DNA of 64,000 nucleotides from Felis catus (Eukaryota). Below the pieces are notes generated by a model. It did no database searches. It was given only the letters and a program-made list of their open reading frames with translations, and was not told the origin of the DNA. A program made the translations under genes and the position numbers. The stretch spans positions 10,728,001 to 10,792,000 of the forward strand of contig NC_058383.1 in assembly GCF_018350175.1 (NCBI RefSeq). The letters are read 5' to 3'. Shown here one piece after another: positions 62,779 through 64,000 of this stretch. Each line of letters starts with the position of its first letter. The first letter of the stretch is position 1.

Positions 62779-62913
62779 CACAGAATCTGAAGCAGGTTCC
62801 AGGCTCTGAGCTGTCAGCACAGAGCCCCACAAGGGGCTCAGACTCACAAACTGTGCGATCATGACCTGAGCTGAAGTCAGATGCTTAACCGACTAAGCCA
62901 CCCAGGCGCCCCC
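59790..62913. mobile_element. Can-SINE group: 59790-59970 (-), 60590-60727 (+), 61265-61430 (+), 61436-61670 (+), 62474-62680 (+), 62685-62913 (-)
   Basis: SINE heads and tails read directly. The span also contains unique sequence between elements. Confidence 0.85.
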
Positions 62914-64000
62914 CAGAAACCCTTTAAAACAAATGAGGAAACTAGGGTTTGGGGTAGTTGACCCAACGTGGTCCTCTTGGCAGGCCTTTGTCTGGGTCTC
63001 CCCGTGTGTGTGGCTTACGGCTCCTGGCCCGGCGCTCTGGCCCCTCTGTCCCATCCACAGCCGCTCTGGCCACATGGGACCCTCTCTCCGAAGCCTGGCC
63101 GTTTGTCAGAGGGGGGACTCTTCTCCGTCTTGCCTCCCTGAGTGCTCCCACCTGCTCGGGACAAGGAGTCAGGGGACAGCCCAAGCCGAGCCCCCTTTTC
63201 CTCCCTCCCTTCGTCTCAGTCCCTGGTTCCTTCCTAAATGGATTAGGACTCTGCAGGAAGGAGCCAACAGCGGTCTGGGTGACCCGGAGGCCAGGGCCGT
63301 CTGGTGCCTCCTGCTTTGCCCTGATTCAATTTGGGCCTCAGCAGCTGGGAGGCTGGCAGGCTGAGGTCCGTCTGGGGACGGCTCGAGGGGTGGCCGAAGG
63401 GAGGGGAGAAGCCTTCCAGCGCCCCGGGCCGGCAAACCTCTCAGCTGCTCACACGGCAGACCCTCTGGTGGTCTTCATGCCACAGAAGGCTCCAGGGGAG
63501 GCCACCGGCTGCCTGCCGGGCCCTTGGGATGTCCCGTACGTGGCCTGTCATGCCCTCAGCATCCCTTAATACTGTGGACTTCAAGCATTTGTAAAATTGC
63601 AACCTGGGAGAAGAAAGGAATTTTATAAACATTTAGAAGTGAACCCAATTCACATTCCGGCCAGCGGCTGCCTGGCCTGTTGTTAAAATCAATATTTATT
63701 CACAGCCAAATAGCAGACTGGGGCCAGAGCCGAGGCCGGAGCCGGGCTCCAGAGTGTTCCTCGTTCGTTTGCGTGTTTCCATAACCGAAGTTCGGACGCT
63801 TCTCACCTGGTTATGTGTGAGGCACTCTGACGCTTGATCTGCGTCACCGACCCGTGACTCACAGGAAGCCTACAGACTGCGGTTTGGACCACACCCCCCC
63901 CTTGGCCCGTCATGCACATCGGGCCTGAGCTGGGCCCCGGGGGTCACCAGCCCCTGCCCTCACAGGGCTTACAGTCCAAGGGGCAGCTGTGGTAACAGAA

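Larger units (their letters stand above)
29872..64000 (+). other. GTF2IRD1: Intron 1 of GTF2IRD1 (runs off the window)
   Basis: GT donor at 29872. No MALLGKRC-type coding exon appears in the six-frame track. The long repeat-rich stretch fits the known very long first intron of this gene. Confidence 0.75.

Noticed and set aside
1..64000. CRISPR-like arrays, operons or other prokaryotic systems
   Set aside because: The sequence is clearly mammalian; repeated units are dispersed SINEs, not regularly spaced direct repeats.

Overview
Mammalian non-coding DNA from a feliform carnivore, probably a cat. The evidence is roughly 40 tRNA-derived Can-SINEs of the SINEC_Fc type. No protein-coding exon could be supported; the ORF track reflects GC-rich noise, SINEs and microsatellites. 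The central feature is a CpG island (~29100-30450) with a + strand promoter and a non-coding first exon ending ...GGGGATCCTCCAAG|gtagga (donor at 29872). I recognise this, from recall rather than a search, as GTF2IRD1 of the Williams-Beuren syntenic region. Its known autoregulatory element, three GGATTA sites around a CCAAT box, lies at 29450-29543. Bases 1-29100 are upstream intergenic DNA (CLIP2 side by synteny). Bases 29872-64000 are the first ~34 kb of intron 1, and the ATG exon (MALLGKRC...) is not in the window. I found no convincing wholly new biological system. The best leads are: three extra GGATTA sites flanking the known array; G4 motifs next to those sites; a chimeric SINE with a ~96-bp duplication; deeply nested transposons; a CTCF site with upstream motif; a DR3/ETS/CRE motif cluster; several AT-rich enhancer-like islands; and a possible alternative exon or promoter in intron 1. 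Repeat family names come from recalled consensus sequences and repeat boundaries are approximate.
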